From NCBI GenBank assembly GCA_964246625.1, contig CAXTRM010000007.1:1-34797 (forward strand): a DNA stretch of 34,797 nt, in the 5' to 3' direction. This document shows positions 1 through 10,095 of this stretch, piece by piece. The notes beneath the pieces are model-generated. The model was not told the origin of the DNA. It ran no database searches and saw only the letters and a list, made by a program, of their open reading frames with translations. The position numbers and the translations under genes were made by a program. This stretch comes from an uncultured Acidobacteriaceae bacterium. Lineage in GTDB: Bacteria > Acidobacteriota > Terriglobia > Terriglobales > Acidobacteriaceae. How positions within the stretch are numbered: the first letter of the stretch is position 1; every line of letters begins with the position of its first letter.

Positions 1-374
1 ACCTGACGGCGCGGGGTCTGCAAGCCGTCCCGGATGGAGGAGATCTCGAGTTTACCGCAGTCGGTTCTCGTGGAAATCAGAAAGAGTACAACAGCTTCTA
101 TGAAGGTCTTGGTGGCGGCGGCTACGGATGGCGTGGCCGGGGGTTCGGCGGTTTTGGTGGAGGTTTCGGAGGTGACGGCATCTCGAATACGCAGGTCGTA
201 AACATCCCCGTAGGTAGTCTTGTCATTGATTCGTACGACACAAACCATCAGCTTGTTTTCCGAGGCATGTCGCAACAAACTCTTTCAGGCAAGGAAGACA
301 AGAACACGAATAAGCTAGCGAAGGCCGTGGATAAGATTCTCAAAGCCTTCCCAGTCCAAACCGCTGAAAAGTAG
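1..374 (+). CDS. DUF4136-like protein, 3' part (5' end outside window)
   Basis: Frame 3 is open from the window edge to TAG 372-374: ...YNSFYEGLGGGGYGWRGRGFGG...VGSLVIDSYDTNHQLVFRG...LAKAVDKILKAFP. The Gly/aromatic loop followed by G(T/S)LVID...LV(W/F)RG...FP is typical of DUF4136. Confidence 0.8.
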   Translation, partial: LTARGLQAVPDGGDLEFTAVGSRGNQKEYNSFYEGLGGGGYGWRGRGFGGFGGGFGGDGISNTQVVNIPVGSLVIDSYDTNHQLVFRGMSQQTLSGKEDKNTNKLAKAVDKILKAFPVQTAEK

Positions 375-455
375 GGCGGCCGAGGAGAGGCTTGCATACC
401 AGGGGCGGGCGAGATGCCCGCCCTTCCTATTGGGCCGGCATGGCAGAGAATCGCG

Positions 456-641
456 TCAGTCTTTCGCTTGCTGCTCGGAGTCCTGAGAGGCGAGGGCTGT
501 CATCTCAGCGAAGGTCATCCATTGCTTTCCAACCAACACGTGCACTATACCTTCCGAATCGGACCGCTGCTCCGTGACGCTGTAGCCGGCGCGCGCAAGC
601 CGCTGAAGCAAATCCATGTGTTGTTCTTGTTCGTTTACCAT
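456..641 (-). CDS. small hypothetical protein (61 aa)
   Basis: ATG ORF with protein-like composition, co-oriented downstream of the receiver gene; no recognisable family. Confidence 0.45.
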   Translation of the reverse strand: MVNEQEQHMDLLQRLARAGYSVTEQRSDSEGIVHVLVGKQWMTFAEMTALASQDSEQQAKD

Positions 642-755
642 AACCGTCTCACTCGTCTTTCTACGTCGCGATTCAGTGACTTGCTGGAGCGTGGGCGTTC
701 GTTCCCATCAACTCTCTCCCACTACCTTCCATTGGTGCGCTGTACTTCAATCAAT

Positions 756-1292
756 CTACTGGACAGCGACGCGGGTACGTAAAAGGGCGTAAACATTGGC
801 CGACAGTTGAGCTATTGGGTAGGGTTTCGCCAGGAATCGCCACTTGCTTTGCTCAATTTCCCGTCGCAGTTCTGCCGTGAGGTAGGCGCCTGACACGATG
901 AGGACCGGCATCGTTGGGCACAGAGCACAGAGTTCACGCGCCAGTTCGATACCAGATCTCCCCGGCATTTCCAGATCTGTGATCAGCAGGTCGACAGCCT
1001 CGCAAGCGCGGTAGGCTTTCGAGGCAGCGTATGCATCGCTGCAGGAGATCACGTCGAAGCCCATAAAGCCAAGCGTGCATTCCATGACGTGCAGCAGGTC
1101 GTTGCTGTCGTCCACGGAGAGGACAGTAGATCGTGAGACGCACGGTGGCCTGGGCACCTGCTGAGGAGACTGCCCGCCGGAGTTGGCGTCATCACAACGC
1201 TCTGAGAGCGACGTCCGGGGGTGACGGAAGTCACGGGATGGCAGCTTCACTTCTAGGGACCCGGTCGTTGAGGCTCGCATGTGCTTCGTCAT
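756..1292 (-). CDS. stand-alone response regulator receiver (CheY-like)
   Basis: VLSVDD acidic pocket, LLITDLEMP phospho-Asp, IVSG, LAKP; GGAG upstream of the ATG. The N-terminal ~55 aa look unstructured, so the start is uncertain. Confidence 0.85.
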   Translation of the reverse strand: MTKHMRASTTGSLEVKLPSRDFRHPRTSLSERCDDANSGGQSPQQVPRPPCVSRSTVLSVDDSNDLLHVMECTLGFMGFDVISCSDAYAASKAYRACEAVDLLITDLEMPGRSGIELARELCALCPTMPVLIVSGAYLTAELRREIEQSKWRFLAKPYPIAQLSANVYALLRTRVAVQ

Positions 1293-2051
1293 GGGATTTC
1301 ATTGCTCCTCCGTTGGATGACGTCGCTCTGATCGGGACAGTCACTGGCTTCAGTCTGCAAACACTGCTACTCCAGAAGCGCTGTACTGTGCACGAAATGA
1401 CCCTAACCAGCTATTGACAATGTAGAGATTGCAGAAGTAACAAATCGACGTCTGTACGTTTGCACACATAACTCCCGAGCGAGCATGGCCTTAGGGGTGA
1501 CAGGGTGCTGGTACGTGCTCTGTAGCAGCTCCGTGGCTGCCGGATTTGGGCCGAGCGGCCTCAAAGCCGGCGAGTGCGAGGGCGTACGGAATTGCCCGCA
1601 TCATTGGAGGATCTGCTGCTTTGGATGTGGTTGCCGCTGCGCATCATGCCCCCTGCTAAGCGCATCTCTTCCGGGCAAGAGCGAGCTCTGGTCCGCCTGG
1701 CAGCCCGTCGGGAGCAAGGGCGCACTTTCTTTTTTATATCAGAGCGGGCTCATCGCCGTAAGCGACAGGCGGCGGTTTACTTACGGAGTTGTAGGAAGGA
1801 GGAGCAGATCAACACGCCACGGCACGACGCTGGAGCATCGTGTTTGGAGCGGCACAGCTGCAGCCCGGGAGAGCGGGGCTCGAGGCAGTCCTAGTCTTCT
1901 ACGCTGATTCGGAAGCTGGGCTCCTACCCACACCCGAACGCAGGTCGGTATGGGCAGGAGCCCATTCCAAGCTTGTTCAGAAAAGGAGGGTCTCTGTTGT
2001 CACGGGTGCTTTCATTTTGGACAGCACACCACCGAGGCGCCTGGGTAGGCT

Positions 2052-2324
2052 TTACGTATCCAGCGACGTGGCAGCCTTCGATGCAGCAAGATCTTTCCTG
2101 TGCATAGTAGCGGGTTGATCCGCGAGAACGACGTTTTCGGCTTGCGGTCCTTTCGCACCCTGAACGATGTCGAAGGTCACCATGTCGCCCTCATTCAGCG
2201 TCTTGTACCCTTCACGCTGTATGGCGCTGTAATGGCAGAAGACATCCGGACCACCGTCTCGGCCAAGGAAGCCGAAGCCCTTTGCGTTGCTGAACCAACT
2301 CACCACACCGTTGTATTGAGACAT
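2052..2324 (-). CDS. cold-shock protein with short C-terminal extension
   Basis: RNP1 KGFGF, RNP2 VFCHY, GPQAENV; SD GAGGTG ahead of ATG 2324. Confidence 0.95.
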   Translation of the reverse strand: MSQYNGVVSWFSNAKGFGFLGRDGGPDVFCHYSAIQREGYKTLNEGDMVTFDIVQGAKGPQAENVVLADQPATMHRKDLAASKAATSLDT

Positions 2325-2719
2325 CGAAATCACCTCGTTCTCTGGAATGTGCACATCAATCCCTCTCGGCTAGCTACTCTGCAAAGGGAGGAGTCAAGCT
2401 ACGTACTCAGGAAGCAGAAAGCCTACCGGAGAAGCCCACTCCGACTCTGCAGGAACCAACTTCAGCTTGGAGGAGTCCGTGAAGCCTGTCTGTGTGCTCT
2501 CGCACATACGAAAACGAAAACCCGAAATCCAGGGCTGGGCGGTTTCGGCGCGAAACTGCAGGCTGACTTTGCGGCCCTCAGCCCGCGGTCCCAAAGACGA
2601 TTTAGACGCTTGTGTCACCCACATGACACAGCGGACCGTTTGGTTTATGCTCGGCATATTCTTCCTGTGTCCGGTCCCTTTTCTCGGGGCATGGCAAATG
2701 CTGGATTGCGAGATGCCCC

Positions 2720-3433
2720 GTGCCCGAGCACAGTTATAGGAACACGCTCTTAAGACATCTGGATGCCGAGACCGTAAAACGTCTTCAGCTTCGCCGGGTC
2801 GAACTGCCCGTGATGCATCGGTTGGAGCATCCCGGGAGCCGCATCGAACAGGTGTTTTTCATCGAAGAGGGTATTGGATCCATGACCACCCGTTTCGAAG
2901 ATGGCATGCAGGTAGAAACCAGCATGTTTGGCTATGAATCGGCCGTGGGGGTTTCCGCCCTGATGGGAACCAAGCGCAGCCTGAACGCTATCTTCATGCA
3001 ATTGGCAGGTTTCGGCTACACTTCAGCAGTAAAGACCGCTCAGCAGGAGTTCCAGCGTGGGGGCAGGTTTCAGCAACTTGCTTTACGGTACGTGCAGGCT
3101 CAGCTGACCTTGTCCATTCAGAATGCTGCCTGCAACGCTGTGCATACTCATGAGCAGCGTCTTGCCCGATGGCTTCTGATCTGCTGTGACCGAGCAAGAA
3201 GGCGGCATCTGGAGATGGCGCAAGAATTTGTTTCCCAGATGCTGGGAAGTACGCGATCCACGGTTTCCATTGCTGCCAGCAGTTTCAAAGCCAAGGGTCT
3301 AATCGATTACAGTCGGGGAGCCATCCGGATCATCAACTCGGAAGGGCTTGAGCGAGAGGCTTGTGAGTGCTACCGGGTGGTTCGTGAACATCTTGAGAAT
3401 TTCGCCGACTTCGACACCGGCTTTACGGTGTGA
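2720..3433 (+). CDS. Crp/Fnr family transcriptional regulator
   Basis: N-terminal cNMP-like beta-roll, ACNxxH..EQRLARWLL, HTH QEFVSQMLGSTRSTVS, C-terminal ACECY. Confidence 0.92.
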   Translation: MPEHSYRNTLLRHLDAETVKRLQLRRVELPVMHRLEHPGSRIEQVFFIEEGIGSMTTRFEDGMQVETSMFGYESAVGVSALMGTKRSLNAIFMQLAGFGYTSAVKTAQQEFQRGGRFQQLALRYVQAQLTLSIQNAACNAVHTHEQRLARWLLICCDRARRRHLEMAQEFVSQMLGSTRSTVSIAASSFKAKGLIDYSRGAIRIINSEGLEREACECYRVVREHLENFADFDTGFTV

Positions 3434-3498
3434 GTGGGTCGCCGGCTCGAAGCGTTCAAAGCCGGGGAGCGAATACCCTTGCCGCGAAGGGAGAACGC

Positions 3499-4212
3499 AT
3501 GCCGTACGGGTTCTTCAACAACACACTACTTGGACATCTTGACTCTGATGTTATAGATCGATTGAAGCTCCGCAATGTAGAGCTTCCACTGCGCCAGGAT
3601 CTCGAAACTCCAGGCAAACAGATTACGAGCCTGTACTTCGTGGAGCAGGGTATTGGGTCGATGACCACGATCTTTCGGGATGGTTTTGAGGTAGAAGTCA
3701 GTATGTTCGGTTATGAATCCGCCGTGGGCATCTCGGCACTGATGGGGACCAAACATAGTCTAAATCGTGTTTTTATGCAGCTTCCCGGATATGGCTTTGC
3801 TTGCCCTTTGAGGGCCGCGCAACAAGAGTTTGCCCGGCACGGAGAGTTCCATCGGCTAGCCCTCAGGTATGTGCAAGCACAGTTAACCCAAGCAACACAG
3901 TCAGCTGCGTGCAACGTCCACCACAGCCATGAGCAGCGCTTTGCCCGGTGGATCTTGATTTGCTCTGATCGCGCCAAGCAGAACACAATGTCCCTGTCTC
4001 AGGAATTCCTCGCGGAGATGCTGGGTAGCGCTCGACCTACTGTCACCGCCACGGCCAGAGCGCTCAAAGCAAAAGGCCTGATCACATACACGCGAGGGGT
4101 GCTTACCATTACGGATCGGAAAGGGCTTGAAGAGCAAGCCTGTGAGTGCTACGAGGTCGTGAAACACCATCTCGAAAACTTCGTGGAGTTCGATACAGGT
4201 TTTGCCACTTAG
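3499..4212 (+). CDS. Crp/Fnr family transcriptional regulator (tandem paralogue)
   Basis: Same motifs as the upstream gene; AAGGGAG before ATG 3499 (the ORF track starts it at GTG 3430). Confidence 0.92.
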   Translation: MPYGFFNNTLLGHLDSDVIDRLKLRNVELPLRQDLETPGKQITSLYFVEQGIGSMTTIFRDGFEVEVSMFGYESAVGISALMGTKHSLNRVFMQLPGYGFACPLRAAQQEFARHGEFHRLALRYVQAQLTQATQSAACNVHHSHEQRFARWILICSDRAKQNTMSLSQEFLAEMLGSARPTVTATARALKAKGLITYTRGVLTITDRKGLEEQACECYEVVKHHLENFVEFDTGFAT

Positions 4213-4260
4213 CTCGTAAAGGTACCGTGCAGCGGCCGGCTACCTGAGCCAACCCGGGAA

Positions 4261-4422
4261 CTAGAGCCCTGGGTCGGACTCATCCAACGGTTCGCCCTCA
4301 GCGAACTTGGAGTAGAGATAGGCACTAGAGAAAAACACACATCGGCCATCCGCGAACTTCACGACGAGCCCGTCGTTCATCCGATCGACATTCACGATGT
4401 GGCGAGCGTTAGGAAGCTTCAT
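4261..4422 (-). CDS. small hypothetical protein (53 aa)
   Basis: The C-terminal part of ORF 4261..4848 (MKLPNARHIVNVDRMNDGLVVKFADGRCVFFSSAYLYS) looks like a compact beta-hairpin domain, with GGGA before ATG 4422. The upstream extension looks non-coding. Confidence 0.55.
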   Translation of the reverse strand: MKLPNARHIVNVDRMNDGLVVKFADGRCVFFSSAYLYSKFAEGEPLDESDPGL

Positions 4423-4741
4423 ATCCCATCTTGGGCCGGCACGAAGCCCCTTGTCCGTCATCTGGCTTGCGTTGCAAAACAGATTGATGACGGATTTTGG
4501 TAAACTCGCAAGGCATCCAGCTGCGACAGCGGACTCTCGGTGCGTGAACGCCCGCAAACAGCGCGATTTACGACGATATACACGGGACAGGGCATGTAAG
4601 TGATGATAACGAATAGGTTTTGACGTATGTGCGATTCCACACTTAATTCTTGGACGCTCAAATCTAAGCTCAGGAAAAACACTACCGGAGCGTCGTAGTC
4701 TAGTTGCGATTTGCCGGTCTTGAATCACTCTGAGAGCAACC

Positions 4742-5602
4742 GTGAACCCTGAGAACGACAAGAAGTGGCCGTCCGGAAGTAGTCTGCACGACATAGGAAC
4801 GAGAGCTGACCTGGCAACGCAGGAGACTGATCTCCATCTCTTGCCCATGCATCAACCAGCCCATTGCAAGCTCTGCAACTCTGGCCCGGATCTTCCGTTC
4901 TCGATGGCGTTTCAACCAATCCTTGACGTGAGAACGGACAGAGTGCTTGCGTATGAAGCGCTTGTTCGTGGACCGAACGGTGAAGGGGCCAGTTCTGTCC
5001 TTGACCGCACACTTCACAATAACCGCTATTCTATCGACCAACGATGTCGTGAAAAGGCGATTACGGTTTCAGCAGCCCTCGGCATACTAGCTACCAGAGC
5101 CGATCTCCACATCAACTTCTACCCGAATGCTGTGTACCAGCCCAAGCAATGCCTGATGCGGACCCTGAATGCAGCCCGGCTTGCCGGCTTTCCCCTGGCT
5201 CGTATAGTCTTCGAGATCACAGAGGTGGAACAGGTTCGGGATCACGGACATCTTCGCAACATCATGACCGAGTACAGGAGCTATGGTCTGCGAATTGCGA
5301 TCGACGATTTCGGATCAGGGTACTCCGGTCTGGCGCTGTTGTCGGAATTCCAGCCAGATATCATCAAACTTGATCGAGCCCTGGTGCGAGATGTGCACCT
5401 ACGACCTGCGAGCCAGGTCATTATTCGCGCGATCGTCCAGGTCTGCCAAGACCTTCACATCGGGATTGTCGCCGAGGGCGTCGAGCGTGCTGTAGAGATG
5501 CAGGCCCTCTGCGATCTTGGGATTTTCACCATGCAAGGATATCTGTGGGCAGCGCCAGCGTTTGAGGCTCTGCCGCGCTGGGCGGAGGCTACCGATGTAT
5601 GA
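4742..5602 (+). CDS. stand-alone EAL domain c-di-GMP phosphodiesterase
   Basis: FQPI, YEALVR, INF, FEITE, DDFGSGYS, IKLD, AEGVE and QGY are all present; N-terminal CKLC. The start may be ~35 codons later (MHQPAHC). Confidence 0.93.
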   Translation: MNPENDKKWPSGSSLHDIGTRADLATQETDLHLLPMHQPAHCKLCNSGPDLPFSMAFQPILDVRTDRVLAYEALVRGPNGEGASSVLDRTLHNNRYSIDQRCREKAITVSAALGILATRADLHINFYPNAVYQPKQCLMRTLNAARLAGFPLARIVFEITEVEQVRDHGHLRNIMTEYRSYGLRIAIDDFGSGYSGLALLSEFQPDIIKLDRALVRDVHLRPASQVIIRAIVQVCQDLHIGIVAEGVERAVEMQALCDLGIFTMQGYLWAAPAFEALPRWAEATDV

Positions 5603-5627
5603 GTGCCTTTCCGGCTGGGGCCCGGCT

Positions 5628-6359
5628 TTAGGTGCTCCTGCGGCTACCGTGAAGCTCACGGAGGAGTCGCTTGGTGATCGGGTAACACTCGCAAGCGGCG
5701 AGTTCCAGCCCCGCTCTGTCGATGATCTCGATGGCTCCACGCTGGTAACGGATCAACCCGCTTCGCTGCAACTTGCCGGCTGAAGCCGCAACAGCGGGAC
5801 GACTTGATCCGAGCATGTTCGCCAGGAAGTCTTGGGTCAGGGCAAAAGTTGGACTGCTGACCCGGTCTTCCACCATCAACAACCAGCGCGCGAGTCGCTC
5901 TTCGATCTTGTGGCAGCGATTGCAGGCAGCGATCTGGCTTAAGAGGTGTCCCTGGTATTGCGCAAAGATCAGGGTTAGACGCATGGCTTCGTGCTTGAGG
6001 AATTGTTCTTGGAACGTGCTGAACCTGATCCTGAACCCGCTACCGGCGACTTGAATCATGCATCTTGTCGACCCCAGATTCGGCCCTAACAGGTGTAACA
6101 CCTCGACCATGCCTTCGCGTCCGACGACACCGACCTCGACGGCTGTCCCGTCGCGCATCGGCGTTACGATTGATGCCATGCCGGAGCTAAGGAAGTGCAC
6201 ATAGCGCGGAGTTCGTCGCGCCTCAAAAAGAACCAATCCCTGGGGCAGGGCCACAGGTTCCAGGTGCGCAGAAAGGGCCGTCTGTTCCGCGGCAGGCAAA
6301 GCGTCTAAGAGAGTGTTGGAGAGTGGGACGGTCACACGTATCCTTGCGTGAGTTCGCAA
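5628..6359 (-). CDS. Crp/Fnr family transcriptional regulator
   Basis: NTLLDALP, VGREG, AACNRCHKIEERLARWLL, TQDFLANMLG, ACECY. Confidence 0.92.
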   Translation of the reverse strand: MRTHARIRVTVPLSNTLLDALPAAEQTALSAHLEPVALPQGLVLFEARRTPRYVHFLSSGMASIVTPMRDGTAVEVGVVGREGMVEVLHLLGPNLGSTRCMIQVAGSGFRIRFSTFQEQFLKHEAMRLTLIFAQYQGHLLSQIAACNRCHKIEERLARWLLMVEDRVSSPTFALTQDFLANMLGSSRPAVAASAGKLQRSGLIRYQRGAIEIIDRAGLELAACECYPITKRLLRELHGSRRST

Positions 6360-6559
6360 GGATAAGCCCCATGCTATGGCGAACTTGCGTAGCGCAGTTC
6401 TTCCATGGAGCGTACTGGAAAGGATGGTGTCTGTATGTCATCTTGGTGACAGTCATCCCGCTAGCACGGGCAGGTGCCCTCTTAACAGCTTTGGATGACT
6501 AACACTTCTAGTGAAGCGAGGTCGACTGGAGGGGTTGGGGCGTACCGGAACGCTCCAAG

Positions 6560-7038
6560 CGTCCTGAGACTGCAGAAGCCGTTGAATGAGCTTGCAGAAG
6601 CACTGCTGCATGAGCCTCATTCGTTGTCGCAGTCAGATCGCGAGCTCATTGCGACCTACGTTTCCTTCCTGAACGATTGCTACTTCTGCCAGACTGTTCA
6701 CGGCGCGATCGCGGCAGCGTGTATGAACGGTGACTACGATCTCGTAAAGCGCGTGAAGGCTGACTTCCAAAGTGCAGAGATCTCCGACAAGTTGAAAGCG
6801 TTGCTGGTTATAGCAGCCGAGGTGCAGCAGGGAGGTAAGCACGTCACCAGGCGATATGAACGCCGCACTCCAGAACGGCGCAACGGATCTGGAGGTTCAC
6901 GATACGGTGCTGATTGCGGCAGCCTTTTGTATGTACAACCGCTACGTCGACGGCCTAGATACATGGCAGCCGCGCGATGAGGCCCTATCTCTGGAACGTG
7001 GAAAGAAGACCGCCCAGGAAGGGTATGTGGATAAGTGA
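6560..7038 (+). pseudogene. AhpD/carboxymuconolactone decarboxylase-like peroxidase-related enzyme, 5'-truncated and frameshifted
   Basis: RPETA|KPLNELAEALL (frameshift ~6574), RELIATYVS..NDCYFCQTVH, then a second shift ~6850 into GATDLEVHDTVLIAAAFCMYNRYVDGL. No normal N-terminus. Confidence 0.8.
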
Positions 7039-7102
7039 GGAGTATCCCCTGACCAGCAAGCCACCGGGCGCTGGGCAGTAACCTGTTGCCGCTGACGTTT
7101 CA

Positions 7103-7951
7103 TCACCGACCCAAACGAACAGAGTACCCCACACCGTAGAAGTGATCTGTTACGGCGGACGACAGGCCAAAGCCTGCGTGAACGTCAACTTGCTGGCGTG
7201 TGGTGACTTTGTAAGACCCTCCAAAATTCAAGGAGTGTTGTGGTGACCCGCGCTGAGGGAAGCCGCCGTTGTATTCCACAAAGGCGTCCAAAAACTTGGT
7301 GAACTGCTGGTCGAAGTACACGTCCACTTGTCCGGTGATGTTGTGTCGGCCGTTCTGTGTTGGCCAGGTGACTCCCGCTTGGCCGGCCACAGTAGTGTTG
7401 GCCGAGAGTTTCGCGGAGGCGGGAAGTTGAAGAGTCGTGTCGTAGCCATAGCTCGAGACGGCTGCGGCGCCCGTGGGGAAGCTCAGCGTCCCGACAAGGG
7501 CCACAGCTGAACCGTTGCTGCCGAGGTATACCTGCTGCTTCTCACTCACGCTGAGGTCACCCAGTCCGGTTTCAGGGATGGCACCCGAGGTGTAGTTCTT
7601 GAAGTAATCGGGTACGCCGAGGTGGAGTTCACTACGGTCAGCAAGCCCGAATCGCAGGCTGGCCTCTGGAAGGTCAAATCCGCGCTGACTGGCCTTGGAG
7701 GAGACCAGGAGTCCTGTTTCAAGCTGCAGGGCACGGCAGGGTACCGTGGTACTTGCGTTCGCGAATGTCGGGCGGTCAGTGGTGATGGTCGTGTCTGGCT
7801 GGGGTGCCTTGCAGGCCGCCACGCAACCTGGTGCGGTGATGACTTTTAGCGCCACGAGGAGGTACGCGCCAGACGTCGGAAGGCTCTTTCCTCGCTGACC
7901 TACCTCTTCTTTCTTGTCAGAAGTACTGCGCATCCTCCCAATGTAGGGCAA
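7103..7951 (-). CDS. outer-membrane beta-barrel 'transporter' (MetA/phenol-degradation-like porin family)
   Basis: ITTDRP...STTVP...QLETG, LRFGL..ELHL, GLGDLS, LSFPTG and a terminal amphipathic strand GVGYSVR. Start uncertain. Confidence 0.75.
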   Translation of the reverse strand: MPYIGRMRSTSDKKEEVGQRGKSLPTSGAYLLVALKVITAPGCVAACKAPQPDTTITTDRPTFANASTTVPCRALQLETGLLVSSKASQRGFDLPEASLRFGLADRSELHLGVPDYFKNYTSGAIPETGLGDLSVSEKQQVYLGSNGSAVALVGTLSFPTGAAAVSSYGYDTTLQLPASAKLSANTTVAGQAGVTWPTQNGRHNITGQVDVYFDQQFTKFLDAFVEYNGGFPQRGSPQHSLNFGGSYKVTTRQQVDVHAGFGLSSAVTDHFYGVGYSVRLGR

Positions 7952-8020
7952 TCGAATCAGCGTTCAACACCAAAGCGGTTGTCCTCCTGTTACCTTTTCC
8001 GAGACACGCATCCAACAGCC

Positions 8021-9889
8021 ATGTCCCTGACAGACGTGCTTTTGGGAAAGCCGCTCGCGAGCGAAGAGGACAGCGAGCAACGGATTGGCGTGGCAACAGG
8101 TGTTCCGACATTCGGATTGGACGCTCTTGGCTCGGCCGCGTACGGGCCCGAGGCGGCCCTAACGATCCTGATTCCGGCAGCGGCCGCCGGAATCGCCTAT
8201 GTTCTGCCAATCAGCCTGATCATTATCCTGCTGCTCGCAGTGGTGTACTTCTCATACCGACAAACAATCGATGCCTATCCACATGGCGGTGGTTCCTACA
8301 CCGTTGCCAGCGAAAACCTGGGTCAGAATCTTGGCTTGCTCGCTGCTGCGGCGCTGATGCTGGACTACCTGCTTGATGTCGGAGTCGGCATCTCGACCGG
8401 CGTGGGCGCACTCGTCAGCGCGGTCCCGGCCCTGGGTCCGCACACATTGGCAATCTGCTTGTTTCTTTTGGTCCTGCTTACGATCATCAGTTTACGGGGC
8501 GTGCGGGAAAACGGATTGGTATATACGCTTCCCACCTACCTGTTCGTCTTCTGCCTTCTGGGCGTCCTTGGGTGGGGTACTGTCAAAGTGCTGTTAGGAG
8601 GTGGTCACGCTGCGCCGGTCGTGGCACCACCCGCCCCGGAGCACGCCGTTGCGGCTGTGAGCGCGTGGTTGCTCATACGCGCTTTTGCCAGTGGATGTAC
8701 CGCCCTGACGGGGGTAGAGGCCGTGAGTAATGGTGTGATGGCCTTTCGCGAGCCGACCTCTCAGAATGCGCGACGAACGCTTGCCGTAATCGTGGCCTTG
8801 TTGGCGATTTTTCTTGCCGGCATAGCCCACCTCACCAGAGCCTACGCGATTATGGCCACCGATCCTGGCAGTAAGAACTACCAAAGCCTGCTCAGTATGA
8901 TTACGGCTGCCGTTGCGGGCAAGGGCTTCGTGTACTACGTTACGATTGGTTCGATCCTTGTGTTGCTGTCCCTGTCTGCGAACACCGCCTTCGCAGACTT
9001 CCCGCGTTTGTGTCGCGCCATTGCAGAAGATGGCTATCTCCCAAAGTTCTTCGCGATCCGTGGACGACGCCTGGTGTACCACGAAGGTATTCTCGTGCTG
9101 GCCATACTGTCGGCCGTCATCCTGATCATCTTTGGCGGCGTTACCGATCGGCTCATACCCCTCTTTGCCATCGGCGCTTTCAGCGCCTTCACGTTGTCGC
9201 AAGCAGGCATGGTCATGCACTGGCGACGAACAGGCGGAAGGAGATCAAGGGTATACATGGCGGTGAACCTTATTGGTGCAATTGCGACGGGTCTAACAAC
9301 TGTTGTCGTCCTCATCGCCAAATTCGTCGAAGGGGCCTGGATTACCGTTCTGCTCGTGCCCTTGCTCATCGTCTTGATGAAGGCTGTTCACCATCACTAC
9401 TGTCGAGTCGGAGAAGAGACCAAGATCAACCGCCTGGAGCTGCAGCAAGTGAAGAAGCCTGTCGTGGTACTGCCCGTTGCGGCGTGGACTCGAGCCTCAG
9501 AGGCAGCGCTTGAGTTCGCGTGCATGCTGAGTGACGATGTCCGCGTCCTACACGTTGAGTGTCCGGACGAAGTCGGGGAGAAGAAAGCCAACGATTGGCA
9601 AGCGCAACTGGACGGAGCAGCGGCGCGAACCGGCCAAAAAGCACCTCGTGTTGTGCCTGTACCCTCGCCCTTTCGGTTTATTACTTCGCCTATTTTGAAG
9701 TATGTCTCTGAGGTTGCAAACGGGAATCCGGAGAGGCAGGTAGCTGTAGTGGTGCCGGAGTTGGTGCCGAGTCACTGGTACGAATATCTGCTCCACAATC
9801 ACCGGTCTACCGCCCTGAAAGGCTTGCTGCTGATGCAGGGAGTGCGTGGTGTTGTTGTGATCAACGTTCCCTGGTACTTGAACAAGTAG
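8021..9889 (+). CDS. APC family permease, KimA/YdaO-like K+ transporter
   Basis: LLGKPL, GLDALGSAAYGPE (KimA-type D/Y), SYRQTIDAYPHGGGSYTV, GCTALTGVEAVSNGV, ~12 TM, and a cytoplasmic C-domain with LLHNH. Confidence 0.9.
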   Translation: MSLTDVLLGKPLASEEDSEQRIGVATGVPTFGLDALGSAAYGPEAALTILIPAAAAGIAYVLPISLIIILLLAVVYFSYRQTIDAYPHGGGSYTVASENLGQNLGLLAAAALMLDYLLDVGVGISTGVGALVSAVPALGPHTLAICLFLLVLLTIISLRGVRENGLVYTLPTYLFVFCLLGVLGWGTVKVLLGGGHAAPVVAPPAPEHAVAAVSAWLLIRAFASGCTALTGVEAVSNGVMAFREPTSQNARRTLAVIVALLAIFLAGIAHLTRAYAIMATDPGSKNYQSLLSMITAAVAGKGFVYYVTIGSILVLLSLSANTAFADFPRLCRAIAEDGYLPKFFAIRGRRLVYHEGILVLAILSAVILIIFGGVTDRLIPLFAIGAFSAFTLSQAGMVMHWRRTGGRRSRVYMAVNLIGAIATGLTTVVVLIAKFVEGAWITVLLVPLLIVLMKAVHHHYCRVGEETKINRLELQQVKKPVVVLPVAAWTRASEAALEFACMLSDDVRVLHVECPDEVGEKKANDWQAQLDGAAARTGQKAPRVVPVPSPFRFITSPILKYVSEVANGNPERQVAVVVPELVPSHWYEYLLHNHRSTALKGLLLMQGVRGVVVINVPWYLNK

Positions 9890-10095
9890 CTCTGGGAGAC
9901 AAACCGAGCCCGTACCTGGTCCCCAAGGGAAAGAAAGCGGTTCTTGTATGGAGTCAGTACGACAAAGGGCGTGAGCTTGCGCTAGGCAGCCCCAACTCTC
10001 TACTAAGGTACGGTGCAGCGACCCGCAAGAAACATAGTGTCGTGGTAGGACCTTTCCGGTGGAATCTTGGCATCAACAAGCTACACATAACCGAT

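Noticed and set aside
1414-1445. TTGACA as a sigma70 -35
   Set aside because: No good -10 at 16-18 bp and no credible downstream gene.
1485-2050. ORFs 1485..1907, 1574..1894 and 1840..2118
   Set aside because: Arg/Cys/Ser-rich non-protein-like composition and no motifs; treated as non-coding or unrecognisable debris.
7900-8020. c-di-AMP (ydaO) riboswitch upstream of the KimA-like permease
   Set aside because: No recognisable conserved motifs or stems, and little intergenic space.
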